Positions 14,606 through 45,385 of a stretch of 64,000 nucleotides of DNA are shown here, piece after piece (positions within the stretch are counted from its first letter, which is position 1; every line of letters starts with the position of its first letter). The notes beneath the pieces were generated by a model that saw only the letters and a program-made list of their open reading frames with translations, did no database searches and was not told the origin of the DNA. Origin of the DNA: Amoebidium appalachense (lineage: Eukaryota > Protista > Ichthyosporea); assembly GCA_963693365.1 (NCBI GenBank), contig CAVNZM010000007.1, positions 10,165,962-10,229,961 on the forward strand, written 5' to 3'. The translations under genes were made by a program, and so were the position numbers.

Positions 14606-14724
14606 TGCAGGTTGATGAGGTGCTGCAAGCTGCTGACCGGCTGGCCGAGGTGTCTGCATTGGCCGGAGTGGATCTGACTGACCCTGAAAGGCGCCCCTCG
14701 GCAAACAGCACATTTGCCCAGTAG
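2297..14724 (+). CDS. PMA1: P3A-type plasma-membrane H+-ATPase, 15 exons, about 1068 aa
   Basis: Exons: 2297-2465, 2947-3029, 3484-3771, 4556-4687, 5223-5612, 6504-6864, 7687-7814, 8178-8330, 8993-9122, 10694-10824, 11164-11547, 11976-12230, 12706-12939, 13241-13495, 14611-14724. All introns are GT-AG with consistent phases, total 3207 nt. Motifs: LTGES, IPIA (M4), CSDKTGTLT phosphorylation site, [37 protein letters not shown] (M6 proton-binding Asp). The last two exons are supported only by splice signals and frame. Confidence 0.95.
13786..14133. repeat. Three copies of a ~50-bp unit (GGTTACAGCCTGAAAGGACGGAAGTG...GTGTAACC) separated by poly-T/poly-G, in ATPase intron 14
   Basis: Copies at ~13786-13836, ~13906-13956 (identical, 120-bp period) and ~14084-14133 (diverged). 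Confidence 0.85.
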
Positions 14725-15116
14725 CCCAGATTGCTGCTTGGCTGTATCATATGTGCCATTGCCAAATGGGAGCTTCCCCAAATCAAACAAACACTATCAC
14801 ACACCTAGTTTATACAATATGAAATATGTTTTACACGCTGAATTGGCATGCTATGTTGGCTCATCCACGCCACAGGCATTTCGTATGGTTGAGCAAAATG
14901 ACTTGAAGAGTGTTTGCTTTGTCACATTAGATGGCACGTGTGGGCATTATTAGCATGATGGAAACAGTTTCAATCATTAGTAGCACTGTGTGATTTTTTG
15001 TATACATAATATCGGAAAGTATTGAGTTACGTGTAGCTGAGTTCGTAGGAAGGGAAGAGGTTCTGTTGCGTGGCTTATAGCGTCACAGTCAGTGGCATGC
15101 AAGTATTTTGTCCTAG

Positions 15117-15152
<36 letters not shown>

Positions 15153-16644
15153 ACAGTGTGTCACACGGTGTGTCTGTGTGTGTGTGTGTGTATGTGTGTA
15201 TGTGTGTGTGTGTGTGACACGTGGCAGGCGGGGCGGGGGGGGACTAAATTGATAAATATACCGTTCATGTTTGCACGTTGGGGAGAAGAGTGCTACTTGA
15301 CTTTGGAGCGTGACGGATGGCTCAGGAGGGGGGGGGGGGGGGGGGGGGGGGGGAAGGGTCGTATTCGTATAACTCCTGATTAATGTGCAAGAATCAACAC
15401 AACAAGAGGGCAAGGCAGTGCGGCCAGCACCAGCCAAGGCATATTAAAAGTAACACGAATGCATGATATATATGACACACAACGATTCTAACGCATTGTA
15501 GTCCGGCCATAATAAAAATGAGTCACAAGCGGATGAGTCTGAGACGGGTATTGAGGCTGAGGCTCTTCAAGTCCAAGGAAGGGTTGGGTTGGGTGGCAGG
15601 TGGGGGTGGAGGGAACGTGTGCCAGGCGATATGGAGATAGTGGTGGTATTGGTCCCCCCCCTCTCCCCCGGCCCCCCTCCTCCGCCTTCTTCCCACTCCC
15701 CGGCTCATGCAACCAAACGGACGTCCTCTCATACCAGCTCTATCTGCCCATTGAAAGAATATCATGCCTGGCTCACTCCTTCGGTGCACACGCAAGGTAC
15801 ATAGGGCCATTCTAGTGTTACAGCACACAGCGGCCATCATCATGATATCGTCGTCTTATTGCCTTCTTCACGCAAGTCTCACTAGGAATCTCGGCTGGGC
15901 AAAAGTTTTTGGGCGGGCGGGTGGTGGTGGTGGTGGGGAGTGGGGGATGGGGGTGGGAAAGGGGGTTTGGGGGGGGCTTTCAGGTATACAGTAATGGCAT
16001 AAATATTACATAAAAAAACAAGCTTTGCACAAACTTTACGATTGGGGTGCAGGCAAGTTTTTCAACAGAGAAGCCGCGGCCGGGGGAGCCCTCGGATTGC
16101 TTTTATTTGATACGTGTCCGACACCGTGGCAATAAGTAAGTTATGTCAGTTACATCGGCATGGCTCGTTACCGTTACTATGACATGCTGGCCAATTCTAG
16201 CTAAGTGCCTCAACTGTCCCCCCCCCCCCCCCCCCCCCCCTCCCCCCCCCCCCTCCCCACACCACCACCACCACCACCACCCACCACCCACCGGCCCTTT
16301 TCCCTCTAGAGAGCCCAAATTCTCCGAAGATTGATAGCCTAATTTATGTGTCCCCTATATTAGCTAGATCCGAGTCCTCCTACCATCCCCTTTCTCTCTT
16401 AACTTACTTAAGCAGCAATTACTTTGTAACCTGATGAAAAAATCTGATTTCCTGCCGAATCCCCCTTCTGAACTACCCCCCCCCCCCCCCCCCCCCCCTC
16501 CCGGAGGAACAAGTTCTACTGCAGGTGTCCCCTCCCTCCTTTCCCCCGTTCCCCTAGCCGTTAGCTAGTACTTTTATAATCTGAAACCGGTCCATACATG
16601 CCACGCATGTGCCTGCGTCGGCACACACAGACAAACATGTACAC

Positions 16645-16700
<56 letters not shown>

Positions 16701-16987
16701 CCTATTTCCTCTCCCTTCGTATTTCAAGATCTTCCTTTGAAGTCCCTTCTCTCCCACAATCTTCCCCTAGCAAAAATGCAAACAAAACCGCAAACGTGTG
16801 AGCTTGGACTGCCATATACTTTCAAGTTGTACTAATTATATATATAATTACAGTAATTGCTTCAAATAAAAACACAATACACTATTGAAAAGCCAATATT
16901 GAAATGGAAAAAGATGCCACACGACGTCGACGTCGACGCTAGACCTGATTTTAGCAAACACCCTGAAAAACAGCCTATATATGTCCG

Positions 16988-17030
<43 letters not shown>

Positions 17031-17590
17031 ACCGCCTTAACCACATTACCAACTATGGTACGGTAAATGTGTAACACCTATTACATAGGTACCCATGTTG
17101 CCTTCCTGTAGTAGAAAAAGCCTTTCTCTAGCTGATGGTCAAGTTATTGACCTCTTATTATGATTACCTTGCTTGTACTGTACACGTGCTATAGTGGAGA
17201 TCTAATATTGATATCTAGACTAGTCACATAATACTGCAGCACACACATGCCACATTGACATGTACATGTGCATGCGACACTCAGGCCGCAGATAGCTTGG
17301 CCGACGACTATTATAATGATTTGTTGACTTCGTACTTTTTTGTAAACACACGTGACCAAAATTTGTTTAAATATAGTAGAACTTCGGGAGTATTGGTTGG
17401 CTGAGAAACACACATGCAACCACAAAAAAGGCTGTGACATACACACACACACAAGCATGCACGCACACGTGTGCACACACACACGCACGCACGCATGCGC
17501 ACACGCACACACACACACACACACGCACACACACGCACACACACACGCACACACGCACACGCGTACGCACACACACACACGCACACACGA

Positions 17591-17644
<54 letters not shown>

Positions 17645-17655
17645 ACACACCGTTG

Positions 17656-17693
<38 letters not shown>

Positions 17694-17831
17694 TGGCACA
17701 CACCAGCTATTGTCTATTAGACAGAGAGAGAGCCCGAAAAAAAACGAGGGAACCAACAAGTCTTCTTCTTGGATTCTTGACCGACGAGTATCATTCATGA
17801 TGCATACCAGCTCCAAACGCGTAACATTTAA

Positions 17832-17843
17832 TCAATTTCCGAG

Positions 17844-17888
<45 letters not shown>

Positions 17889-18817
17889 TTCCCCCCCCTC
17901 CTCCTCCTCCTCCTCCTCCTCCTCCTCCTCCTCCTCCTCCTCCTCCTCCTCCTCCTCCTCCTCCTCCTCCTCCTCCTCCTCCTGCTCCTGCTCCTCCAGG
18001 ACCTGACACGTACCGACGGTATCACTCGCCATCTCTGAGCTATCGACGCCGATTTTTCCTTCCTTCTTCGCAGCCCGCAGTCTTTTTGCTTCGCAGCCTT
18101 CGTTCTTCGAACTCGCAGCAGTCACTTCGGGTACACAGATAAGCATTGTCATTACTAGCGAGACATTTCTGCTGAGGTAGGAAGGAAAATGAGGCACCAC
18201 CTACTGAGGTGGTAGCTCCAGGACCTCCTTCTTGATCGGATACGCGAAGTACACACAAGTGTACACGAAGTTCCTCCTATCTCGCAGCGGCCTGATCAGT
18301 GTTAGGCCGGCCCCAAGAAGACCAATGCACGGCCCCATGGAAGGCCTGGCCCAACAGGCTGCAGTGCAGAAATTCCGGTCAACAGCCGGAGTCTTATTGG
18401 CCGGAGACTTGTTGGAGTTCGATTGGTCCGCATTATCAAAGGAGAATTTGTGCCATGACCTTCGCTTACTGATTAGCACTGCCTTGAGTAGGTGAACATT
18501 GTGAACCCGAGTTTGAGCGCTTGTGTTATAGCTCTTGCAGGAAAAATTCTGCAAGGCAATATTATTAGTCAATTTGATATATAAGCTGGTCCCCAACCCC
18601 TTCTCGAGCTCATCTTTTTGGTGTACAATGTACATATCACTGATGATATCAGTGATATTACAACTTCAAGGTGATCACGCGTCACTTGGATAACAAGAGG
18701 CAAGATGATTGGCCAGTTCTGGTGCAGAGAGAATCGATGATTGGCTAATTCCTCGGTGGTGGGGGGTTCTACATACAGTGGATTTAGCAGGCATTCTTTT
18801 AAAGCTGGAAAGAACAA
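17832..18817 (-). pseudogene. Possible decayed intronless coding sequence of unknown origin
   Basis: Three consecutive minus-strand ORFs of protein-like composition (18569-18817, 18201-18635, 17832-18200), joined by one apparent frameshift and one in-frame stop, ending in a (GAG)n poly-Glu tract. No family motif recognised. Confidence 0.25.
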
Positions 18818-19166
18818 TTGAAACCGACATATAAAGGCATGTTCACGATATAAAACTTTACAAGGATATGAATTGTTTCAAAAAATTAAATTTACTTCAT
18901 AAAATGGCAAATCATAATGCGCTACAGATAATGTACTTCAGTTCAAAATCTATGCACACTTGTAAATTTTGAAAAACCTATTCATACCCATCTAGGGGAA
19001 CATCGGGGCGTGTGCGTCGAAACATTCTGGAAGTGACTGAGTATCTCGAGACGAATAAGCTGAAGTAAGATACGATAAAAGATAAATATTGAAATTGAAA
19101 TTATACTCTAAAGGAATTCTTGGCTTATTTGTAACTAAGAGGTGCCCGTCTCCATTAACTCAGGAG

Positions 19167-19614
19167 CAGGGCTGTTAAAACAATAAAAAAAGTAGGAATA
19201 TTGTGTTGCCAGCTGGCTTATAGCTGCCAGCCGTACGATCGCAGCTGGCTGAGCCAGCTCGAGCTGGCTGGAATATTAAAATTTAAAACATTTAAAAGAT
19301 AATTAAAATAATATAAAAATGCTTTATATTAATGTTTAAAATGATGCGGCGGAGCAAGAAAAAATGTATGCTGTAAGCGCATAAGATAACTCTTTTTAAG
19401 TTGTGAAAATTCCGCCAATCAATATTTAAGGATCGTTTAGATGGTAATTTAGGCTTTCTGTGATTGGTTTACTTTGGTGGAGGCGATTGGCGGGGGTGAA
19501 ATTGGGAGGGCGTTTTAGGGAGCTCCAGCCGAGCCGCCTTCCGGAAAATGTCGGCTGGCTCAGCCGAGAAGGGAAGCCGGCTGGCCAATGGCCATACATA
19601 GCCAGCCAGCCGTG
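19167..19614. mobile_element. Non-autonomous hAT-type MITE
   Basis: Flanked by an 8-bp direct repeat CTCAGGAG (19159-19166 and 19615-19622). Termini CAGGGCTG / CAGCCGTG are a 7/8 inverted match. Many subterminal GCTGGC/GCCAGC motifs; AT-rich non-coding core. Confidence 0.65.
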
Positions 19615-19845
19615 CTCAGGAGCCTGGCAAATTACTGTGTAAGACACTTTCCATACAGAGACAGGCTCACACCGATTGGTTATTATAAACCAATAGGAAG
19701 TCTGCCTGCAACAGTATATATACTCCTGCGCACCACAGGTCACAGGTGCACACAGTGAAGAGGAACGAAGCAACAGTGTTACACAGTCCTTGTGAATGTC
19801 ACGCGAACGTTTCTTGGCCTGTGACTCTCGTTACCAACCGACGCT

Positions 19846-20157
19846 GTGATGTGTAAAGGGCAAAGCCAGGCACGTTTCATTCCGAAACCCCCAACCATGC
19901 GCGTACAGTCACTTGCCCGCACCGCGCTACGGTCGCGCAGTGCCCTCACGGACATAGTCGAAGAGCAGGCAGCTGAACTCAGCCCCCTCACCCAGCCAAA
20001 AGCAAAGGCTGCCCTGCTCTCAAGGCAGCTCAATGTACTCGCGCAACAGGAGAGGAAGCAACCTGTCGTGGCCGACTATGGAAAGTTTAAGTTGCAGCTT
20101 AACGCGTGCAGAACACGGGCAGCGGTGTGGTCTATTCTGGACGTCGAGCAGGAGTGA
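19846..20157 (+). CDS. Small hypothetical protein or exon
   Basis: About 100 open codons in non-repetitive sequence with a helical, coding-like composition (..ALTDIVEEQAAELSPLTQPKAKAALLSRQLNVLAQQE..). No known motif. Confidence 0.25.
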   Translation: MMCKGQSQARFIPKPPTMRVQSLARTALRSRSALTDIVEEQAAELSPLTQPKAKAALLSRQLNVLAQQERKQPVVADYGKFKLQLNACRTRAAVWSILDVEQE

Positions 20158-21893
20158 AAGAGAGCCCGCACGACTTTTATAAATGATATTGCGCTATGAT
20201 AGTGGAAGTATTATCAGCAGCGGGGTAGAACGTAAAGAGGTGGCAACATAGCACCGCATAGGAATGCTTTGTATGAAAGGCCCCGCTGAATGAATCTAAA
20301 GTTTAAATGCTTGAAGAAAATGTAGTTTTGTTTCTTTGGTGATCTTGGACTCATTTGTATTTTTTAAACTTATAGGCCAACTTTGCCGCCTAACACTATC
20401 AGTCAGAGAATCAGTCGAATAATGTCTCCTGAGGTGCACCACAGTCAGTGGCTGCGTACCACCAGTTATTTCAACATCAATTAAAGTCACGTGAGCAGGG
20501 CTGTACCCGGCTTTACTGTTCATGAACAGTGTCTGCTGTATGTGAAAATTGTTGTAGAGATGACTCGTGCAGGCGTCACGCGGCCACGCTACGGTAACGT
20601 GCAAGTGATAGGTTGCCTTAGCACTCTGTTGCTGGTCAGTGCCAGGCAGGCAGAGCACATTGACACCCCTCAAGGTTATGGTGTCCAGGTGTTGCTAAAA
20701 GCCACCAATTCCAAGAGGATCAACAGATGGACCCAGTGTAGGTTCATTTCGTGTTCAACACGGCTGAGACACTTTTGTAGATGTGATTCGTGTGCATGGC
20801 TGCGTCAGCGGTTTCGTAACTTTGTGGGTGATATGAACAGTCTTCTGTGCTCACGTGCAAATGAGTTACTACAGAAATCAGGCATATATATGGCAACCAT
20901 GCACACCACACAAAGTCCATGTGTGCAGGTGGACAAGTGTGTATCACTGGGGCGCATGATGTGTCCCTTAGTATATACGTAGCACAATCAGGTTCGGTTC
21001 ACACACGTCTACGTACATTTCGGGGAGTACGCAGGCACGGTAGACCTAGAATAGCAAGATGCACCCGTGTTGAACCTGTATAAACTGAGTCATAGCTCAC
21101 ACTGAGTCATCCGGGACCTCTTGTTGCAAGCAAGTCCCACAACAGCAGTAATCATGATTACAGAAAGTACATACTGATTACACAATGTGCAATGTAACGA
21201 ATCTGCGTGGCTGAAGAAGCACCAACATTGATATGCACTGGTATGCATATGGCAGATGTGCGGCGGTGGTGTGGTGTGTACGGGATGCTATTTCTCGACT
21301 CTCAAGTATGACCCCTTACAGTTGTAACCTATGTATAGACTGTAGTGTGGATAATCCCAGTTACATAGGCGACCAGTCATCAGGTGAATCACAAAACACA
21401 CAGGAAAAATGCCAATAATTGGTTGTTCGAAAGATCCAAGAATGCGTAAAGCACAATCCCAATGCCATTAATTGCATGGCGGATTTGCTCCTGAACTATT
21501 TATGAATAATATGATTAACTCGTGTATTTTTTGAGTACCTGGGTCATTCCTACTCACTGAAATACAACTCGTACTTCCTCCCCCCTCCCCCAACACACGC
21601 ACACACACACACACACTTTCTCCTCTAGCCCTCTAAGAACATTTAGCTGCAACCAGCCTGACAGGATGCAAACAAACCCCCCCGGCAATCCGGAGAAAGC
21701 CAGACACAACCTTAAAGACTAAAACACAGAGAAAACTATTCCGTTGCACTGACCGTATCCAAAAACGCACGTGAACTTTGAATCCTGAATGGTTCTTATG
21801 CAACCATGCTCCCACATGTTCTAGCCTATTTAAGGTTCACCCTTGGCCAACCCGCCCCATATCGGGAGCTCATATCGGGCTGCCTAATGTTAA

Positions 21894-34432
<12,539 letters not shown>

Positions 34433-35161
34433 TCTACAAGGACTCAAGTGTGTGAGGAGAAGAAGTGATGGGTTTTCAAACGAGCAACTTGCGTCTGCGA
34501 GAGCAAGAAGCTGTACAGATCTGCTTTCGTTACGTAACAGGGGTGCAACTTCCTAAGACCTGTGGGTCTTTTCTAGCGAACCAAATTTGCAGCTAAAGAT
34601 AAAACAAAAGGGCTGTAAAAACCGTCTGTAGAATGGTCAAGCCCCACTTGAGCTCTAGGGGATTTTGGCGGAGTCCCAGCAGGCCAGCCGGATGGGGCCC
34701 AAGGTGTGGTATTTAGGAGGCCTTGGGCCCAAGCTGCCGGGACCGAGCCAACTGCAGCCTGTATACCACTAATTGCCAGAATCTCAAAGAAGAGGGTGAG
34801 CCAGATGATCGTTTGTCTGGTTGTTTTCATTTTTCGTTGGTATAGTCTTGCTCATTTTTGATGCCCGAGCGAAAACAGGCAAAGCACGCACACCAACGTA
34901 CACAAGGACAGGAGATGGCTCCCAGCGCAATTTTTGCGGAAATAACAGCGGTTCCCTTTCTGTGAAAGAGACAGAGTGGTGCTCGGAATATCGGCGTAAT
35001 ATGTAAGACATCGCGCTGAATGCACACGGCCAGGCTCAAACTCAAATTTCTATTTTTTTGTAACTTTCGTCTACCTTCGACGGTTAAACACCTCACACTC
35101 GGCCTTTTCTTTTTGGCTTCTCCGACTCCTCAAACGCCTAGCCTGCACACTGAAGGTAAGG
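34433..35161. promoter_or_regulatory. Probable bidirectional promoter / 5' UTR region
   Basis: About 730 bp of repeat-free sequence between the divergent start codons at 34432 (-) and 35162 (+). Inferred from gene arrangement only. Confidence 0.4.
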
Positions 35162-40377
<5,216 letters not shown>

Positions 40378-42269
40378 GCACGCACGCAGAGGACAAAAAT
40401 GTTTGCGTATCAAAAGCAAAACTTTTTTATTGAACATTTGCAATGAATGTACTGACATTGTGTGGCTTTGCAGTGCCCGACATTGCAGAGTCACTGCGCT
40501 ACCTGGCTGAGTCCACCGACCGGGCTGTCGACTCGGCGAATGTGTTACTTGCTGCACGCAATGATGGACCCACCGAAGTCCAAAACACGTAGCAACATGT
40601 ATTTTAAATCTAGTTTAATTTGTAGCCGGTGGTTCGTTTTAACAAGTTACCCCATACCAACGATTTCGGGTAGCAACAGGGGATTTTAAGTCCCCCGTTT
40701 TGCACGCTACTGTTGGGAAGACGCTTATGAGTTTGAAGTGGGCCTGGCAGAGTAGCTACAAGGACTTGGTGTGATGCTCAGAGATATGCCTTTGCGGATC
40801 TCAAGAAGTGGAAGTGGTGATACACACAGACATCGAGTGATTGTGGTTCATTTAAAAACCTCATCAATGTGATGTGTGCTTTGTACGTTTCCGCTTTTGT
40901 TCCGTGCTGATATTAGGTAAATCGCTGGCCGTTAAGTGCGAGGTTGTATGGTATATATTGCGAAATATTTGTACTCCGTCCGTTTTGGTAGCTATGCCGG
41001 CATGACATAGCAAATCAACTATTTGCTTGTGGGCGTTGCAAAATCATGAGACATACACAGACAGTTTTTGTGTACCAGGGTTTGTACGTGTGTGGCTGTT
41101 GTGATGGGTGATGTGTGTATATGCAGTTTGTGTTCCTTGGTTAACGGGATGTGTGGCCATTACGATATTTCACTTTTAAGATTTACTTAAAGATCCAAAA
41201 GATTGAAATTTTAGCAAATGTTAACGGGAGATGGGAAGAACCCCCGGGGGGGGGGGGGGGGGGGGTCCGGGTTAGTGACTTGAGCAGAAGCATGTGTCGG
41301 TCTCGCATTTTCTTTTTAGCTTCTGCATAATTTAGCAAACCGAAGAGTCCATATATAGCAAGAAAAAAAATTTGACCGTGTAATGCTGTGCCAAAAGCCA
41401 GAAATTATGTGCGGATCAATTTGAAAGCCACGGCGTGTAGCAAGGCACATCTAGGGACCACCGTGGTGCGTGCGCGCGCGTGGGCAGTTCTCTGTGTACC
41501 CGTGGCATGACCATTGTGTGTGTGTGGTAATGTCCGTGTGCACATACTATGATATTTGGGTGTGTGTGTGTTTGCGCGCGCGCGCGTGTATACCTGTGCG
41601 TGTGTGCGTGCACGTGTGTGATATGTACAGTGTGCCTTTTTATGCAAAACATATTTTTTTGCTACCAACACCAGCCGACCTAGATTTTACACATACATAC
41701 GGTATTCATGTTGACGGATTCGTTAAACAACAGCGCGCCATTGCAGTGCACAGCCGCGATCTGCATATGGATGCTTGCATGTTTGATGTCATACTATGTC
41801 TGTCCCCCCCCCCCCCCCTCCCCCCTCCCTCCCCCCACGTGCACACACACATACGTATACACACCACCACCACCACCACCACCACCATACCACACAAACG
41901 TGCACCGTGTGCGGTGCATATGCATGATCATGATGAGTAGATGATTATGTGCGGGGCGGGAATTATATATGGTGGATTCATGAGTGCACACATGCACAGG
42001 GGCACAGGTGTACATGTGCAGGCTTCAAGGCGCAGGTGGAAGTGGTCTTGGATGTGTTGTTTGCCAAGGAAGTGCACTTGGGTGTGTTGTTTGATACTAC
42101 CGTATAGCTACCTATATCTAGATCTATTAGCTGAATATGCATATGGTAGAATCGCCTCCTGTGTGCGTAGTCCGTTAGGGTTTTTTGAATTTGATTAATG
42201 GACGGGGGGGGGGGGGGGGGGGGGGGGGAGGGGGGGGTTAATATCGACGTCCGCCCTGGTTGTCTGGTG

Positions 42270-42312
<43 letters not shown>

Positions 42313-42709
42313 GGTAGCCGCAGGGGTGGGTGGTTCCCGCCCTTCTTCCCCCCCCCCCACCCCCCACCCCCCTCCCCACCCCCCACGGTTACCCCCACCC
42401 CGCCCCCGGCCCGTGGGCCCATGCGCGTGATGATGGCCAGAGCCGAGGCTCTTTTCCATCTTTTTATTTTTTATTATTTTTTATTTAATTAACCCCCCGA
42501 GGAATTAATTGCTTCCGATTTGACCCCTGATGCATGTATCCCCCCCTCCCCCCCCCCCCCCCCCCCCCCCCCCCGCCCCTGCCCCCCGCCCCCCGGGCTC
42601 TCCCCACTCCTCCCTCCCCCCCCCCCCTCCCCCCCCTCCCCCTCCCCCCCCTCCCCCCCCCCCCCCCCCCCACACATACACACACACGCACCACACACAC
42701 ACACACTGT

Positions 42710-42750
<41 letters not shown>

Positions 42751-42799
42751 ACACACACGCACACACACCCGTGGCACACACACACACACCACACACGTG

Positions 42800-42865
<66 letters not shown>

Positions 42866-44237
42866 CCGCCCTCCCCTCTCCACACACACACACGCACGCA
42901 CACACTTCCCACCCCTTAGTGCTGGTGCTCTTCTTCTGCCGGATGCATATACTCATTGCTTGTTCTTTGCAAGGTCTGGCTTTGTGTTGTCCTCGGCAAA
43001 TGTATACTATATCGATACCAATATCATCTCCATAAAAAGTTGCGGCAAAAAAAACATAACCATCAATATTTCACACCCTAGTCACGCACCACTTGCGGCA
43101 CCAATGATCACGGTGCATGTACACTGAGAGCTTGCACTCCGAGTCTCCGGGGCAGCTGGCACGTACTGACGGTGCCTGGGCTGCTATGAACTTCTCACAC
43201 CCATCGCGACCGCGTGCATGCTTTCTCTCGTGGCGGCTCTACGGTCCCGAGAGTCCAGTGTTCGCTGTGTGTGAGAGGAAAAATACGAGTCACCTACTGG
43301 TGACAGCCGGGGCAGCAGCATTTAGCGATTTTTTTTTGGTATATTCACAATACTACCCTTTTCTTTTTCTTTATGTGCAAGGCCTCAGTTGGTGCCGTAC
43401 GCCCGCGTGGGCCGCGATTGCCAATGTGAACTGCGGAAATGATGGCATGCACACATGTGCACATTCTGGTAAGGCATACATGTGCACAGGCAAATATGGC
43501 AAATTTACAATCTCCTTGATTGAGGGCTGATATTACTTGTTTTCCGTTATTTATTTTTCTTTTTCGTGTTATATTAGTTTCCATATTGCTTATACCATGA
43601 TCATGATCCTGTCATCCCTGCACGACTGCACTGATTCTGCCACTGATCATGAAGATTAGAACTTGCACGAGCGTCAGTTCATCGGTCCTCAGAGAAGTTT
43701 TCAAGTGAGTCGGAAAATAGATAGTTTGCCACGTCATGGATAACTGGTTGTCTTCCCGGCCCATTATGTACCCGATTGAGATATTGGGTTAGATAACTGG
43801 TACGTGCGCTGCCAAGTTAGCCCACAGGGTTTGCATTTGATGCCAACAACTTCGTACAGGAAACCTCATTCCATTGTTCTACCGGTTTCTACAACATTAC
43901 TACACCCGGAAAATATTTCAAAAATCCCGAAAACTACAACATCACAATCCTGATTACTAAGCTAGTAGGGGGTACTTGACGCCAGTATAGTACGTAATGG
44001 ATGGTAAAATAAAACCAAGGAGCAAACTTGGCTGGAGCACCTTGACCATGGTCGGTTCGGGTCGGTCTCGGACACCGGTACATGACATTGACATCTGATC
44101 AGTAAATAATTCAGAGCAAATTGGTATGTGGCATTCAAGTACTTTCTCTACTTAGGCACTTTCTCTACTTAGGCATCGGCCTTTACTTAGGCATCCACCT
44201 CTACTTAGGCCCCTTGAGGGGCAGCTAGAACCCACCC

Positions 44238-45383
44238 ATGGCGTCTCAGGATGCATCCTTGTCCCCGGACCCTCCTGGGACACCGCCTGGGAGCCGCAAA
44301 CGTGATACACGGGATGGAGAATCCCCAGATAAGAGGCTAACTAAACTGAGCCGAGCGGAACAGGTTCCCTTTCCCGAGGTTAAAGCGCCACCGGCCGTGC
44401 CGCCAGCAAGTAGTTTTATTTCGAAAGAACAACTGCACTTGATACCCGAGAAGGCTAGGTAAGCCGTGCTCAAACTTATGGCGCATCATGAGCAGCTCCG
44501 CACCCAAGTCTCCGACTTAACAACCCAAGTAGCTGAGTATAAAGCCAAACAGGACCACACAGACCTCCTTGTTCAGCAAATGGAGACGCGCTTACGGCAG
44601 CTGGAAGCTGACCGGGCAACCCCCACCGGCCCTGCCCACGCGGGCCCGGCCCCTGCAGCACAGGCAACCCCCGATGGGTTACCCACCCCCCCGGGGTCTC
44701 CCAAGTTCATACCCACAACGAATCCTAAGGTGTACCGCACTACGGTGGACGCCAAGACCGTGTACGTGTCCGAGAAAGTCAAAACGTATGCCGAGTCGGT
44801 GGCCCAGACCCACGGGGCTACCCAGGCTTTGGCAGCCCTTGCCGCAGCGTCAGCACTGCACCCAACCCGCCGCCCTCGGGTGGCGTCTGACCCTGCCCCT
44901 CAGGGTACCGACGAGTCCGAGTTGACCACTGCAGCCTTCACCTTGGTGCCGGCCAACATCAGCACCATGCGTGACCGTCTTTACACCCTCGGTGTCCTCA
45001 ACCGAATGATTCCCGACATGCTCTTCATTGGCCGTCGCTACACAGTGTTCATTGTGCGTGCCGGCTACCGTGATACCCTCATAAACATCATCCAACGTGC
45101 TACCGACGCCACCTTTCTCGCAGACTTCGATCCTACGGCTCCCTACAACACCACACTTAACCGTGTTGATGCAGAGGCCGCTGCCCGGGCCTCTTGGCAA
45201 CGCCGGGTGCTTGCAAGAATGGCCAACGCCCATGCATGGGCTGTCAAGGCAGCCACACTTTACCCGGCACACGACAGCCGGGCCAAAACAGCAGCTGAGG
45301 TGCGTGCCTACTGGGAGGCTCAGCACGTGCAGGTCTTCAGCAAGCCCTACGACCCCACCGCCGCACCAGCCAACTCCCAGTAA
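44238..45383 (+). pseudogene. LINE ORF1 (coiled coil plus C-terminal domain) with an in-frame stop
   Basis: ATG at 44238; the frame continues to 45383 except for TAA at 44460-44462. Coiled-coil segment EQLRTQVSDLTTQVAEYK..MEtRLRQLEA. The stop is followed 2 nt later by the ORF2 ATG. Confidence 0.75.
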
Positions 45384-45385
45384 GC

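Noticed and set aside
34573-34830. 85-aa minus-strand ORF with a signal-peptide-like start
   Set aside because: It is short, has no recognisable motif and lies in the presumed divergent promoter region. It cannot be supported without expression data.
42920-43330. Possible minus-strand exons
   Set aside because: Splice-like signals are present, but I found no consistent open frame across them.
44141-44212. TTAGGC-containing repeats as telomeric sequence
   Set aside because: The hexamers are spaced within 17-18-bp units inside the LINE 5' UTR and do not form a tandem telomeric array.
44456-44466. AG|GTAAGC at the ORF1 stop as a splice donor or programmed readthrough
   Set aside because: A single point mutation explains it more simply, and no matching acceptor restoring a sensible product was identified.
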